From an uncultured Gammaproteobacteria bacterium (GTDB lineage: Bacteria; Patescibacteriota; Patescibacteriia; UBA1558; 2-01-FULL-52-15): 64,000 nucleotides of DNA. Below are positions 8,904-19,478 of the stretch, piece after piece. Under the pieces are notes generated by a model. It ran no database searches. It saw only the letters and a program-made list of their open reading frames with translations, and was not told the DNA's origin. The stretch lies in contig CAZFBK010000001.1 in the NCBI GenBank assembly GCA_964517065.1, positions 41,734-105,733 of the forward strand. The letters run 5' to 3'. Numbering within the stretch: the stretch's first letter is position 1; every line of letters begins with the position of its first letter. Made by a program: the position numbers and the translations under genes.

Positions 8904-11393
8904 ATGCTCGACAACCTTCTCGATAAATTCACTACCCACTTCAAACAAATCTTGATCCGAGCACAAAACGTTGCTTGGCAAAAGAGCTCTGATGCTATCG
9001 AGCCAATGCATCTACTTTTTGCTTTGTTACAGCAAAAAGGCTCCATCGCAGCGGAAATCCTGTCCAAACAAAACCTGCATGCTGACGATCTACAGCTTAA
9101 TATGTCCTCGCCTCTGAATACCGACCGTCTATTGTCAACGAACCCTTGGGATTTACCCCAGCCCAACGAAGCTAGCCAGAGCATCATCGAGCGTGCAGTC
9201 AAAACTGCCTACGAATACAACCATAAATATATTGGTAGTGAGCATCTTTTGGCTAGTCTCATCAATCATAGTGACCGGGAAATCCAATCTATTTTCTTAC
9301 GGTTTAATATTGATGTGAAAAGAATCAGCCAACAGTTGGAGCTCATCTTGCGTGGTACTGCCAAATTTACCTCCTTCCAGCCATCAGCCCAGCCTCAAGA
9401 TATGTTGGATGGTAATTTCTCCGATGGCGCCCCGCGCGAAACAGCTTTAGAACAATTTACCATTGATCTGACCAGCCCAGAAGCACAGAGCAAAATTGAC
9501 CCTGTCATCGGTCGTAGTCAGGAGATTGAACGGCTGATACAAATCCTCTCACGCCGGACAAAAAATAACCCTGTCCTCTTGGGTGATGCTGGCGTAGGTA
9601 AAACTGCTATCATTGAAGGCTTAGCCAAAAAAATCGCTCTCGGTGATGTGCCGGATGTATTATTGGACAAAAAAATTCTAAATCTTGATCTCTCCTCAGT
9701 TCTGGCCGGCACCATGTATCGCGGTGAATTTGAAGCCCGGCTAAAGCAAATCGTCGAGGAAGTCACTAATGACTCCAATATTATTCTATTCATTGACGAA
9801 ATTCATAATCTGATTGGCGCCGGATCTACCAGTGGCTCTATGGACGCTGCTAATATACTCAAACCGGCGTTGGCACGTGGTCAGCTACGCTGTGTCGGTG
9901 CTACCACCCGAGAAGAATACAAGAAGTTCATCGAAAGTGATAAAGCGCTGGAGCGACGCTTCCAACCGATCCTAATCGAAGAAGCCTCAGAAAGTGAGAC
10001 ACTAGAGATATTGAAAGGCATTAAGAGTAACTACGAAACCTATCATCGGGTCAATTTCACTCCTGAAGCTTTGGAAACCTCTATTGTCCTCAGTCAGCGC
10101 TACATGCCGGACAAGAAACTTCCGGACAAAGCCATCGACTTACTCGATGAAGCTGCTTCGAGTCTAAAAGTAGCCAAGGAAAAAAATCGCTTCAGCAAAT
10201 CTATGCGTGATTTGGAGCAGAAACTAGCGGGCATCAAGAAGGCTAAACAGCAAGCTATCAGTGACGAGCAGTACGCTGCTGCCATCAGCTTCAAGGATCA
10301 AGAAGAAATTATCATCCAAGAGCTACAACAACTCAAGGTCAGTCAGTCCAAAGAAAAAATCAGTATTCTCGGCATCATCACGGCGGAACGTATCGCTGAG
10401 ATCGTAGCGAAAGCGACTGGTATCCCTGTCACTGACATTCTGCAATCAGAAAAAAGAAAATTACTTCAACTTGAAAAATATCTGCAACGAGACATTGTCG
10501 GTCAGGATGATGCTTTGAAAACTATTAGTGAGGCAATTCGTCGCGCACGAGCTGGCTTAGCCGATCCGAATAAACCTTTAGCTTCTTTCATCTTCCTCGG
10601 ACCGACCGGTGTCGGCAAGACAGCCACAGCCAAACTGCTAGCTCAGCTGATGTTTGATAATCCAAATAATCTCATTAAAATTGATATGTCGGAGTATAAT
10701 GAGAGTTTCAACGTTTCGAAACTAATCGGCGCTCCTGCTGGCTATGTCGGCTACAAAGATGCTAACGTCCTGACTGATGCTGTCAAAAGCAAACCTTACA
10801 GTGTCATCCTGCTGGATGAGATTGAGAAAGCACACCCTGATGTTTTCAACCTGCTCCTACCGGTCCTCGAAGAAGGCCGACTGACCGATGCTGCCGGTCG
10901 TACCGTCAATTTCCGTAACACTATCATTATCATGACTTCCAATATTGGCTTGGACCAATTCAAAGCTCAAGCTGTTATTGGCTTTACCTCTGAGGAGTCA
11001 GCTGCCGAACAGGCTGATAAGTCTTTCGAAAAAACCAGTCAAGGCATCAAGCAATCACTGCGCGATTATTTCCGACCGGAGTTTTTGAATCGTATTGATA
11101 AGGTAGTAATCTTCCGACCGCTGAGCAAATCCGTAGCTAAGAAAATCATTTACCGTGAATGTGAGTTATTGAACCAGCGCCTCGCAGCCAAAGGTCGCAA
11201 GATTCAGCTGGATGCAGCCACCGTCAATTATCTCGTCAATCGTGGATTCAATGTCGATGAAGGTGCCCGTTCGCTCAAGAGGTTTTTCCAAGAACAAATT
11301 ACTAATCCATTGGCAGAAGCTATTCTGAAAGACGAAATAACTACCGAGTTCTCAACCGCTATGAAAGACCATCAGGTCGTACTGCAGCATTAA
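8904..11393 (+). CDS. clpC: ATP-dependent Clp protease ATP-binding subunit ClpC
   Basis: Clp N-domain, Walker A GDAGVGKT and GPTGVGKT, FIDEIH and LLDEIEKAH, short UVR-like coiled coil. Confidence 0.93.
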   Translation: MLDNLLDKFTTHFKQILIRAQNVAWQKSSDAIEPMHLLFALLQQKGSIAAEILSKQNLHADDLQLNMSSPLNTDRLLSTNPWDLPQPNEASQSIIERAVKTAYEYNHKYIGSEHLLASLINHSDREIQSIFLRFNIDVKRISQQLELILRGTAKFTSFQPSAQPQDMLDGNFSDGAPRETALEQFTIDLTSPEAQSKIDPVIGRSQEIERLIQILSRRTKNNPVLLGDAGVGKTAIIEGLAKKIALGDVPDVLLDKKILNLDLSSVLAGTMYRGEFEARLKQIVEEVTNDSNIILFIDEIHNLIGAGSTSGSMDAANILKPALARGQLRCVGATTREEYKKFIESDKALERRFQPILIEEASESETLEILKGIKSNYETYHRVNFTPEALETSIVLSQRYMPDKKLPDKAIDLLDEAASSLKVAKEKNRFSKSMRDLEQKLAGIKKAKQQAISDEQYAAAISFKDQEEIIIQELQQLKVSQSKEKISILGIITAERIAEIVAKATGIPVTDILQSEKRKLLQLEKYLQRDIVGQDDALKTISEAIRRARAGLADPNKPLASFIFLGPTGVGKTATAKLLAQLMFDNPNNLIKIDMSEYNESFNVSKLIGAPAGYVGYKDANVLTDAVKSKPYSVILLDEIEKAHPDVFNLLLPVLEEGRLTDAAGRTVNFRNTIIIMTSNIGLDQFKAQAVIGFTSEESAAEQADKSFEKTSQGIKQSLRDYFRPEFLNRIDKVVIFRPLSKSVAKKIIYRECELLNQRLAAKGRKIQLDAATVNYLVNRGFNVDEGARSLKRFFQEQITNPLAEAILKDEITTEFSTAMKDHQVVLQH

Positions 11394-11429
11394 TACTAAT
11401 CTACCATAACTCAAAAACAGGCATACACT

Positions 11430-12086
11430 ATGTCTGTTTTTAATACTATAATTGCCTTCCTTCTCGATCTGCTCTTCCCACGCGTCTGCGTGGGTTGCGG
11501 TGCCATGGATACACTTCTCTGCTCTGCCTGCCAGAGCTCGATCATAATCGAGCCTCAGACAAGCTCTTCCACCGCGGTTCAGAGCATACTGATTGCCAGT
11601 GACTATCAACAGCCGCTCATTCAAAAAATCATCAAAAATTTCAAATACCATAATTTGCCACAGCTGGCTGAGCCACTAGCGCAAATCCTCATCAGGGTCT
11701 TGGATACACAGCCAAACCTGCCATCATATATTCTGATCCCCATACCGCTCCATCAGAAACGACAGCGTCAACGTGGGTATAACCAAAGTGAGTTACTCGC
11801 CCAACGTCTCAGTGAGGACTATGGCTGGCCGATTGGTGAAAACATTCGTCGAATTATTAATACAGAACACCAAGCTGGTTTGAGCAGAGAGCAACGGTTA
11901 AAAAACCTGGACAATGCGTTTACATATAGAGGTCCAAGTTTGAAAGGAAAACATATATTACTGGTTGACGATGTAGTAACAACCGGTACTACTATACAAT
12001 CTGCGGCGGAAGCTCTGCTGCCGGCCGAGCCTGACTCTATCTGGGCTATTGCGGTGGCGAGAAACAGGGAAAAGGATAAAAGTTAA
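11430..12086 (+). CDS. comF: ComF family competence protein (Zn finger + PRTase)
   Basis: CxxC...CxxC, RGYNQS, LLVDDVVTTGTT. Confidence 0.93.
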   Translation: MSVFNTIIAFLLDLLFPRVCVGCGAMDTLLCSACQSSIIIEPQTSSSTAVQSILIASDYQQPLIQKIIKNFKYHNLPQLAEPLAQILIRVLDTQPNLPSYILIPIPLHQKRQRQRGYNQSELLAQRLSEDYGWPIGENIRRIINTEHQAGLSREQRLKNLDNAFTYRGPSLKGKHILLVDDVVTTGTTIQSAAEALLPAEPDSIWAIAVARNREKDKS

Positions 12087-12105
12087 AACCAACAGTAAGG
12101 TATTT

Positions 12106-12210
12106 TTTAAATCAAAAAGGAGAATGCAAAAATGTAAATTAAAATTCAAAAATACTATCCGAATTTATTATTTTTGCATTAAATTTTTGCATTTTGCTCT
12201 TTTACTTACT
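12106..12210. repeat. AT-rich palindromic element, inverted copy of 8757-8864
   Basis: Reverse complement shares AAGTAAAA, CAAAATGCAAAAAT, GCAAAAATAATAAAT, AATTTTAATTTA and ATTTTTGCATT blocks in the same order. Confidence 0.7.
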
Positions 12211-12235
12211 CACGAACCTATCGAACCCCGTCGTC

Positions 12236-12949
12236 TTATCTAACGGTGGGCCACTTATCCACCGGCCGACCTGATAAGGCCATGATGGCATTGACCGACC
12301 AGAGCCACATAATTTTTGGATAGCCCACCTTACGGTAACGTCGCGGTGATTCATAAATATCAATAGGCAGGCAGCGTATCGTACCTACTTTCGCTAGGCG
12401 GCCAAATAATTCGAAATCCTCCCCCGCTCCCAGACTATCTTTATACCCTTTCAATTTTTTGAAAACACTGCGTCTGATAATCTGACATTCGCCTTTGGCA
12501 GCTCCGCGCTTGATCAGGTTGAGAAAAATAACATACCACCAGAAAAATTTGGCGAATATTCTATCGGCGAGGATCCGTTCCTCCGGATAGACTCCGGTGC
12601 GGGCTGTACCGGCGACAACCGACTGATCGCGAAACGTCAGCTCAATAGCTTGAAGCAATAACGGTAAGCTAGAGACGATGATATCAGCATCAAAAAAAAT
12701 AAGCACATCTCCCGTAGCAAGTGTAGCTCCCCTATTGCGCCCGTGGGCTATCGTCTCGACTGCTTTCTCTTTCTTATAAGCTATCTGATCCGCATACTTC
12801 TCAGCAATCTTCAGCGTCCCGTCAGTACTACCACCATCAGCCACGATCAACTCCAGATCAAAATGATCTTTAACTTTGGCATACTGAGGCAGTGTCTTGG
12901 CTACAACCCTAGCTTCATTGTAGGTGGGGATGATGATACTGAATTTCAT
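12236..12949 (-). CDS. Glycosyltransferase family 2
   Basis: SIIIPTYNE, DGGSTDGT, FFDAD, GEDFE; start at ATG 12949. Confidence 0.92.
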   Translation of the reverse strand: MKFSIIIPTYNEARVVAKTLPQYAKVKDHFDLELIVADGGSTDGTLKIAEKYADQIAYKKEKAVETIAHGRNRGATLATGDVLIFFDADIIVSSLPLLLQAIELTFRDQSVVAGTARTGVYPEERILADRIFAKFFWWYVIFLNLIKRGAAKGECQIIRRSVFKKLKGYKDSLGAGEDFELFGRLAKVGTIRCLPIDIYESPRRYRKVGYPKIMWLWSVNAIMALSGRPVDKWPTVR

Positions 12950-12958
12950 CAAATCAGA

Positions 12959-13993
12959 TTAATTATAACTCCATGACGCTCCTTGAGAATTGGTATTGAT
13001 AGCTCTACATTTATCTATTTGACCATGGATATGTCCTATTTTCCCATATCTCGTAGGGCCGTTATAATTATTATCTATATCTTTGCCCGTGGCGCAATCT
13101 AATTTATCATTACAACGCGATCCTGACCCAAAGCAGGTTTCCTCACACTGCACGTAGGTAAAACCACTTTCGGTCATTTTGAGCTCTAGCTGATGATAAT
13201 TAATACCAACCGCAGCCGGTATGGCTAAATCAACCGCACATGACTTAGGAGGATGATCTTTATTAAAAGCCCATAGATTATTAGGTCCTCCATAGTGATA
13301 CTCTCCTCCATGACTGCAACCAGATTTGACACCTCCATTTTTTAACCTGTTACAATTTCCTGTGTAGATTCGGTCGTCCGTCACAGAATTCAACACAACT
13401 GACCACAACTTTGGTACAGTATAATCAAGCCGTGAAAAAGCATTTAATAAATCTGGATGCATATCTTGAAGCTGTTTCGGATTAACACCTGTCTTGTTAA
13501 TACCAGATATGTTGCTTTCTAATGGTTGTACGACCGTATCAATCGGTAAAATGATAGGTTGTACCTGAGTGATATTCAAATCCTGCAACTCCACCAGCTT
13601 ACTATTGATCTGAGCAAACAACAGATATGAAGTCAAAGCTAATATCAGACCAAAGATAGCAGCCGAAATAGTAGACTTAGCTTCAGAAATCTTGCTGCTG
13701 TTACCGGCTGCTAGGAGCCATTGGAAACCACCAAACATGATCATGACCACAGCCAATACGATCGCCCCTTGGACGAAGAAACTATAAAGCGCAGCGATAT
13801 AACAACCGAGGAAGCTGCCGTCCATCTTAGCCGTGCAATGCAGGGCATTGAGATAGGGATCAAGCCCGATCGAGGAGTTGAACTGAACCTTTTCAACTGT
13901 GGGCGGCTGATTATTAACAAACTGATTAAGACCGTTGTACCAAGGATCGGCAGCGTGGGCTACCGCGATAAATTTATAAAATAATGCGTTCAT
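12959..13993 (-). CDS. T4SS pilin (VirB2/TrbC-like) fused to a putative M15-like Zn-peptidase domain
   Basis: LAVVMIMFGGFQWLLAAGN..KISEAK..I..A..GL pilin signature; C-terminal H...AVD...HIH with several Cys. Confidence 0.7.
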   Translation of the reverse strand: MNALFYKFIAVAHAADPWYNGLNQFVNNQPPTVEKVQFNSSIGLDPYLNALHCTAKMDGSFLGCYIAALYSFFVQGAIVLAVVMIMFGGFQWLLAAGNSSKISEAKSTISAAIFGLILALTSYLLFAQINSKLVELQDLNITQVQPIILPIDTVVQPLESNISGINKTGVNPKQLQDMHPDLLNAFSRLDYTVPKLWSVVLNSVTDDRIYTGNCNRLKNGGVKSGCSHGGEYHYGGPNNLWAFNKDHPPKSCAVDLAIPAAVGINYHQLELKMTESGFTYVQCEETCFGSGSRCNDKLDCATGKDIDNNYNGPTRYGKIGHIHGQIDKCRAINTNSQGASWSYN

Positions 13994-14622
13994 AGTATGA
14001 ATGATGAGTCAATTATTTGGCGCCATTGTGACAGTGAGATGTCTTCAGCCACTCGGATCGTACCATTCAGCTCGAAATATGGGATCGAGGGTATCCCAGC
14101 AGTAGTAGCATCAGCGATATCCTGCTCTATCAGCGACAGCGTCGCACGGTCATTGAGACAACGGGAAAATAGTGCTCGATCTAAGTGTAAATCATCTGCA
14201 ATAGATATCCAAATACTAGCGTCGTCTGTCAAACGAGTTTGTCGTGCAAAAAGCTCATCATGATACTGCCAAAACTTTCCTTGCAGCTGGGCGCACCGTG
14301 CAGCCAGAGCTGCTGTCCGAGCATTATCAGTATCAAGTGGCAAATCCTTGCGTACTATTCTGACTTTATCGCCATAGATCGCCCGTAGTTGGTCCAAGGT
14401 CAAAGCGGACGTACGGCAGGCAGGACAGGTGAAACTACTAAAATACACCAAGGTCGTCTTGGCTGTGACGGGACCAACTGCAGGATCTTCAGCTCGCAAC
14501 GGCACCGCAATAAAAGCCTGACCAACGCTGCCAGGTATTATTCTGTTTCTGACCGTAATATAATAAAACACGATACCGCTCAGTATCAGTAATGCTAACA
14601 AGCTAAAGCCAAATAATTTCAT
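13990..14622 (-). CDS. DsbA-family thiol-disulfide oxidoreductase
   Basis: FTCPAC active site, AARCA..QGKFW.YHD.LF, cis-Pro loop; N-terminal TM. Confidence 0.9.
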   Translation of the reverse strand: MKLFGFSLLALLILSGIVFYYITVRNRIIPGSVGQAFIAVPLRAEDPAVGPVTAKTTLVYFSSFTCPACRTSALTLDQLRAIYGDKVRIVRKDLPLDTDNARTAALAARCAQLQGKFWQYHDELFARQTRLTDDASIWISIADDLHLDRALFSRCLNDRATLSLIEQDIADATTAGIPSIPYFELNGTIRVAEDISLSQWRQIIDSSFIL

Positions 14623-14629
14623 CGTTAAT

Positions 14630-15853
14630 TTATTTCAAACGAATACTATGCAGGGTACCCGTGGCACGGTCGACGAAATACAGTATCGACTGATCGGGTG
14701 ACAGTGAGACTGACTGAGCAGTATAGCTCTGCTGACTGCCAACCGGCAAAGCTAATGGTACTTTGTTGCCGGAGATCAGATCGATACGATAGAAGACATC
14801 AGGTGTAGTATTCGCCAGATCAGGGTAGAGACCAGAACCCTGCGACAGCTCGATCGGCACAGCACAATAGATCGAGCTCTCCGTCTGATCGAAGGCACAC
14901 TTATCTGGCCACGTATTCAGCTGCAAATCAGTCTGACTATAGCCTATATCTCCTGTCCTGCCCTCTGTCAGCCACAGTCGCGGCTGATAGCCATCTGAAG
15001 CACTAGCAGTACTATAGAGGAGATATGATCCTCCCGGAGACCAGGAGCCGGTGAATTTCAAACCGTCGACATTGAAGGACTGGAACTGCTCTTGATTGCG
15101 TCCGATCGGCACCACCTCTTGCCCATCAGTACCTGTGGCTTTGCGATAGAGTGCTACTACTTGATTGTCCGGTGAGACATTGACCGCGACATTGAGCTCA
15201 CGATCTCCGACTGGCTCGACTATCTTGATATCACTCCCGTCTGCCGAGCCTGCCATCAGCCAGGTCGTATCAGGTTTACCGCCATTCCAGATAGCCGCGA
15301 ATGACCGGCCATTAGAATCCAGCGAAAACTTCTCCAGCTCCTTCGGCAGACTGACCTGTTTACCTTTATTGAAATCATACAGAATATTTGATCCGTCAGG
15401 ATATTCCAAAATTGCCACACTCTTATTGGCGGCCCAGGTAACGTCTGAGACATTATAAAATTTCTCCGTCCCCAATGTCGTCACGGTACCGTCAGATGTC
15501 AACGTCTGAAAGACAGATAAATCAGGATTATAATAGGTCAAACCATTGGTAGTCGGCACAGCAAACTCCACTTTGGTAGTTCCATAATCAGTGACTGCTG
15601 TCTGGCCACCTTGAGCCACCTCGTCGATACCGGTCGTACCGCCAAACTGAGGTAAGCCACCATTGCTATTCGGAACATTTACCACTGGAATATTTCCTTG
15701 ATTAATATTGGGCAGTTGACCAGTGCCGGTATTAGTATTTTGATTGCCTGATTTTGGCACCAGACTGCCAAATATGATCGTAATCAAGGCCCAGGCTAGT
15801 AAGAGTACCACTACGACGAATCCTATAATTAAAAATAGACGTTTTCTTTCCAT
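14630..15853 (-). CDS. Membrane-anchored beta-propeller protein in T4SS-like operon
   Basis: TM then WSPGG/VSPDN/LSPDQ TolB-like repeats; likely start MERKR at 15853. Confidence 0.7.
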   Translation of the reverse strand: MERKRLFLIIGFVVVVLLLAWALITIIFGSLVPKSGNQNTNTGTGQLPNINQGNIPVVNVPNSNGGLPQFGGTTGIDEVAQGGQTAVTDYGTTKVEFAVPTTNGLTYYNPDLSVFQTLTSDGTVTTLGTEKFYNVSDVTWAANKSVAILEYPDGSNILYDFNKGKQVSLPKELEKFSLDSNGRSFAAIWNGGKPDTTWLMAGSADGSDIKIVEPVGDRELNVAVNVSPDNQVVALYRKATGTDGQEVVPIGRNQEQFQSFNVDGLKFTGSWSPGGSYLLYSTASASDGYQPRLWLTEGRTGDIGYSQTDLQLNTWPDKCAFDQTESSIYCAVPIELSQGSGLYPDLANTTPDVFYRIDLISGNKVPLALPVGSQQSYTAQSVSLSPDQSILYFVDRATGTLHSIRLK

Positions 15854-15854
15854 A

Positions 15855-16349
15855 TTATTGTGAACAAGAATAAATTTGACAACCAAGATCTTTCAGCCAA
15901 GAAAAAACTACCTCCAGTCCTAGGCGTAGCAACATACCGGGCTGCAGGAAGACCATTAAGGTGACACTAATGATAAAGACGATAAGCAACAATCCATGAG
16001 TACCAAACATCACCCAACGCTCTATCTTGCTAACTTTCTGCCAAACACCGGGCCACTCGAATCCCATGATATTAGCCGTCAGATAACGCAAGGTGGTCTC
16101 CAGCACGTACCAGATAAAAGTCAACGGATTCAAGGCTGTGACGAGACGAAAAAGACGGATAGTTGAATCTGTTTCTTGACGCAGCGCCTGAATGCTGCCA
16201 CCCTGTTGATCTTCTTGCTGTTCTACTGCCTGCTTGGTTTCCATCCGATCCTGCAACCGTTGCTGTTCGAATTGTTGCTGATACCGTTCCTCACGTTCCG
16301 CCGTATCATCAGCGAGTCCCAAGCTGGGCATTTGTAATACCTGTGCCAT
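15855..16349 (-). CDS. Hypothetical membrane protein (T4SS-like operon)
   Basis: Gln-rich N-terminus, C-terminal TMs, tightly packed with neighbours; likely start MAQV at 16349. Confidence 0.65.
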   Translation of the reverse strand: MAQVLQMPSLGLADDTAEREERYQQQFEQQRLQDRMETKQAVEQQEDQQGGSIQALRQETDSTIRLFRLVTALNPLTFIWYVLETTLRYLTANIMGFEWPGVWQKVSKIERWVMFGTHGLLLIVFIISVTLMVFLQPGMLLRLGLEVVFSWLKDLGCQIYSCSQ

Positions 16350-16350
16350 A

Positions 16351-16908
16351 TTATTGCCATTCTGCTCGGTCAACCAACCAATGGTCGCCCGATTTTACTA
16401 ATGAAACTATAATATCTTGATAGTACTCGTTGATTTTTAAATCTGCTTTGCGTTCACTGCGCTGCGTCTTGACTGTCAGACGTGCTTCCGAAGCTGTTTG
16501 TGACACCAGCTTAATGCTAATGACGTGAGTTTCGATACCGGTATAAGCCTGAGCTGTATCTTGGCGCTTAGAAAAATCAAAACGACCTTGAAATGCTGGT
16601 GTGACCATAGACCAGACATCGCGGATATTTTGCTGGTTACTTTGGTTGGAGAAGCTGCCATAGCGTTCGACGAAGGTCCGCGTCACCACCGACAGCTCAG
16701 CACCAGCCGGTGCAGTGATCGGTAGCACTTGATTGACGTTTGTATTAGCAGCATTATCTGGTGTCACTGATTGAGGTTGTAATACTACCGGCGCTAATGT
16801 TCGTTGAGACAAAAACCACCAAAACCAAATCCCCAGACCAATGAGAACGACAACGACACCAATACTCAGCCACACTTTCGGTCGTGAAAAAATATTAGCC
16901 AGCGGCAT
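16351..16908 (-). CDS. VirB8/TcpC-like bitopic protein (NTF2-like fold, inferred)
   Basis: Single TM, FVERYGSFS motif, C-terminal LVK.GDHWLVD; directly downstream of virB4. Confidence 0.6.
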   Translation of the reverse strand: MPLANIFSRPKVWLSIGVVVVLIGLGIWFWWFLSQRTLAPVVLQPQSVTPDNAANTNVNQVLPITAPAGAELSVVTRTFVERYGSFSNQSNQQNIRDVWSMVTPAFQGRFDFSKRQDTAQAYTGIETHVISIKLVSQTASEARLTVKTQRSERKADLKINEYYQDIIVSLVKSGDHWLVDRAEWQ

Positions 16909-18790
16909 TGATTTGGGCGTTAGTTTTCTCAGCGAAGTCGCGTTTGGCCTGTTCAATCTCGAGGAGCTGTTTTGGATCTGAGGTGATCAGCTGATCCTCG
17001 GTATACGAAGCCATTATTTTGATGGCAGCATGCTTGGCACCGGCGAAAAATATTCCCTCTCCCACGGCACTCTCCAGCAGTAGATATTTCTCTCCTTCGG
17101 TTAATAAGAAAGTCTTTTGAATATTATTAATAGCTGCCGGTGATTGCTTCAATAGCATTTGCATGGACGAATTGGTAACGATCGCCTGTCCGTAGGGCGA
17201 CAGTAAGAAGTCATTAACATCCTGAGTAATAGTCGTGATACCAAGGTAATATTTACGACAACGTTTGACTAAGGCGTAGATGAACTTGGCACTATCTTCG
17301 TGTTGCATCAGCCACCAGGCTTCGTCGATTATCAGTAGACGCTTCTTGACGGAAGAGCGAACAATATTCCAGATATAGTTAATAACTGTGTAAATGGCGA
17401 TTGGTCGCAGCTCATCTTCCAGATCTCGGACACTGAAGACCACCAATTGATTATCCGTATTTACATTCGTCGGATTATTAAACAAACCAGCAAAGGTACC
17501 TTGAGTATACTTTTTGATGCGCAGCGCAATATCTTCGCCGCCCACCATACCCATCAGCACTTCTTCGAAATCAGACATCAGCGGCATGCTGGCTCGCGTC
17601 CAATCTGAGCTAGCATTGATATCTTTCTTGGCATAGGTTTCGAGCAAGGCCCGATCAACGATGGAGTCCTCCTCATTGGTCAGATCACCGACCATCAGAC
17701 GGATCAGTCCTTTCAGAGTAATGACAGCGCTGCGAAGAATATCTTCCGGCCGGGCGTCTCCTACCTTACGGGGCAAATCAAAAGGATTTAATTTACTTTC
17801 AGAATTCAATGAGAGGTTAATGTAGGCACCACCGACCGAATCAGATAAATGCAAATATTCTTTCTCCGGGTCGATAATAATAATCTCCATACCCAACATC
17901 ATACTACGCAGGACTTCTAGTTTCACCGCGTAGCTTTTGCCGGCACCTGAGGTAGCGAAAACCACTGAATTAGCATTCTGCAGACTGAAACGATCAAAAA
18001 TAATTAAACTATTATTGTGACGGTTAATGCCGTACATGATACCGTTATCAGAAGTTAATTCTGAGGATACAAACGGGAACGAAGCTGCCGCTGGCGAGCT
18101 ACTCATATTAGCAGCGACAAAGAGCTCGTCGTTGCCTAATGGCAATGTCGAGTTGAAACCCTGTTCAGATTGATAAAAAGCCCGACGTGACATCACCAGA
18201 TGAGCGCCGAGCAGATTTTCAATTTTGTCTGAAGCAGAGTCCAGCTGTTCTTTGTTCTCAGCGTAGACCGTGATATAGAGGGCATATTGGAAAAACCGCT
18301 CAGTACCCTGACTGAGACTGTCGCGCAAACTTTCGATATCGCCCAAAGCAGTTTCTTGTACTGGATCACGCGGAGCACCCTTCTCTCTGTCCGAAATAAT
18401 CTGTGATTCGATGACACCGACTTTTTTCTTCAACTGCTTCAAGACTGCGGTGCTGTCAATCGGATAAAAAAACATAGCAATATCCAACGGTAAGCTATAG
18501 TTGATGATCGGGGCAAACCAGCTGATCGTGACGTAGCGCGGATAGGCAATGACAAAAATAGTCCGAGCATAGAGCGGTCCCAGCTGGACATAGCTGACGT
18601 CGACTTTGAACGATGAAGGCGCGATCAGATCACGGATACTGACGACACCTTCGCGGAAAACCTTCTCCGCTTCCAGGACAGTAATATCTTCTTCAGTTCG
18701 TTCTCTCAGCTGTTGCTCTTGCTGCGCCAAACCAACGCGCTGCTCGTCATCGTTGGGGAAATTACTAGTAACTTGTTGGGGTTTAAACAT
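16895..18790 (-). CDS. virB4: VirB4-like T4SS ATPase
   Basis: Walker A ATSGAGKS, IIIDPEKEY, Walker B LLIIDEAW, RKY..ITQD. Confidence 0.92.
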   Translation of the reverse strand: MFKPQQVTSNFPNDDEQRVGLAQQEQQLRERTEEDITVLEAEKVFREGVVSIRDLIAPSSFKVDVSYVQLGPLYARTIFVIAYPRYVTISWFAPIINYSLPLDIAMFFYPIDSTAVLKQLKKKVGVIESQIISDREKGAPRDPVQETALGDIESLRDSLSQGTERFFQYALYITVYAENKEQLDSASDKIENLLGAHLVMSRRAFYQSEQGFNSTLPLGNDELFVAANMSSSPAAASFPFVSSELTSDNGIMYGINRHNNSLIIFDRFSLQNANSVVFATSGAGKSYAVKLEVLRSMMLGMEIIIIDPEKEYLHLSDSVGGAYINLSLNSESKLNPFDLPRKVGDARPEDILRSAVITLKGLIRLMVGDLTNEEDSIVDRALLETYAKKDINASSDWTRASMPLMSDFEEVLMGMVGGEDIALRIKKYTQGTFAGLFNNPTNVNTDNQLVVFSVRDLEDELRPIAIYTVINYIWNIVRSSVKKRLLIIDEAWWLMQHEDSAKFIYALVKRCRKYYLGITTITQDVNDFLLSPYGQAIVTNSSMQMLLKQSPAAINNIQKTFLLTEGEKYLLLESAVGEGIFFAGAKHAAIKIMASYTEDQLITSDPKQLLEIEQAKRDFAEKTNAQINAAG

Positions 18791-18791
18791 A

Positions 18792-19478
18792 TTAGTCTAC
18801 CGCTAAATTATTGATATCTTCCAAAGGCTGACTCTGATACATCGTAGGGTTGTAGCTGTTATAATACAGCTCAATCAGGGCTTGAGTATTCAACCGTTGT
18901 ACCTGCAAACCCATGCTGGTCAGGCCTGAAGAAATAAAAATTGAACGTTTGGTTAATTCGCGAGAATATTTTTCAAATTTTTCCTTACCAACGATAACCT
19001 TACGGGCAGCGGTGAAAACATCAAGTAAACGGTCAGAATATTTACGTTTCTGATCATTGATCGGATTATAGTTAACTACAACATAAAAACGCTTACTCAT
19101 GATACTTTCCAGCTCCAGCAGTTCCGAGACAAAATTACGATAATCGGCAGTCTGCATTCTCAGGAGCTCATTGGTGTGCTCTCGCTCGGTCTTCTTCAGA
19201 CGTTCCAGATAGTCGTCAATATTGAGCGGACGTGATTGAATAACAATTTGTAAAGGAAATGACAAGGAATTCAAGAAAGTGACATAAGCCCCGACCATAG
19301 AAGCTTGCTCGTCTTCTGACTTCAGATCGAAGTTGATAGACGAGACGATCAAAACTGCTCGTAACGTACCGTCACGCATCAAGGCTACGTCTTCTTTGAT
19401 CTCGGCAATATCCAAATACTTCTGCGCCGACGGCAGGTGATGTTTCGGCTTCTGGTGCTCTGGTTTATTTTTGGCCAT
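18792..19478 (-). CDS. TraC/VirB4 N-terminal-like conserved protein
   Basis: SSINF.LKSEDEQ, FLNSL.FP.QI..QSR; lies between prgI and virB4; likely start MAKNK at 19478. Confidence 0.75.
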   Translation of the reverse strand: MAKNKPEHQKPKHHLPSAQKYLDIAEIKEDVALMRDGTLRAVLIVSSINFDLKSEDEQASMVGAYVTFLNSLSFPLQIVIQSRPLNIDDYLERLKKTEREHTNELLRMQTADYRNFVSELLELESIMSKRFYVVVNYNPINDQKRKYSDRLLDVFTAARKVIVGKEKFEKYSRELTKRSIFISSGLTSMGLQVQRLNTQALIELYYNSYNPTMYQSQPLEDINNLAVD

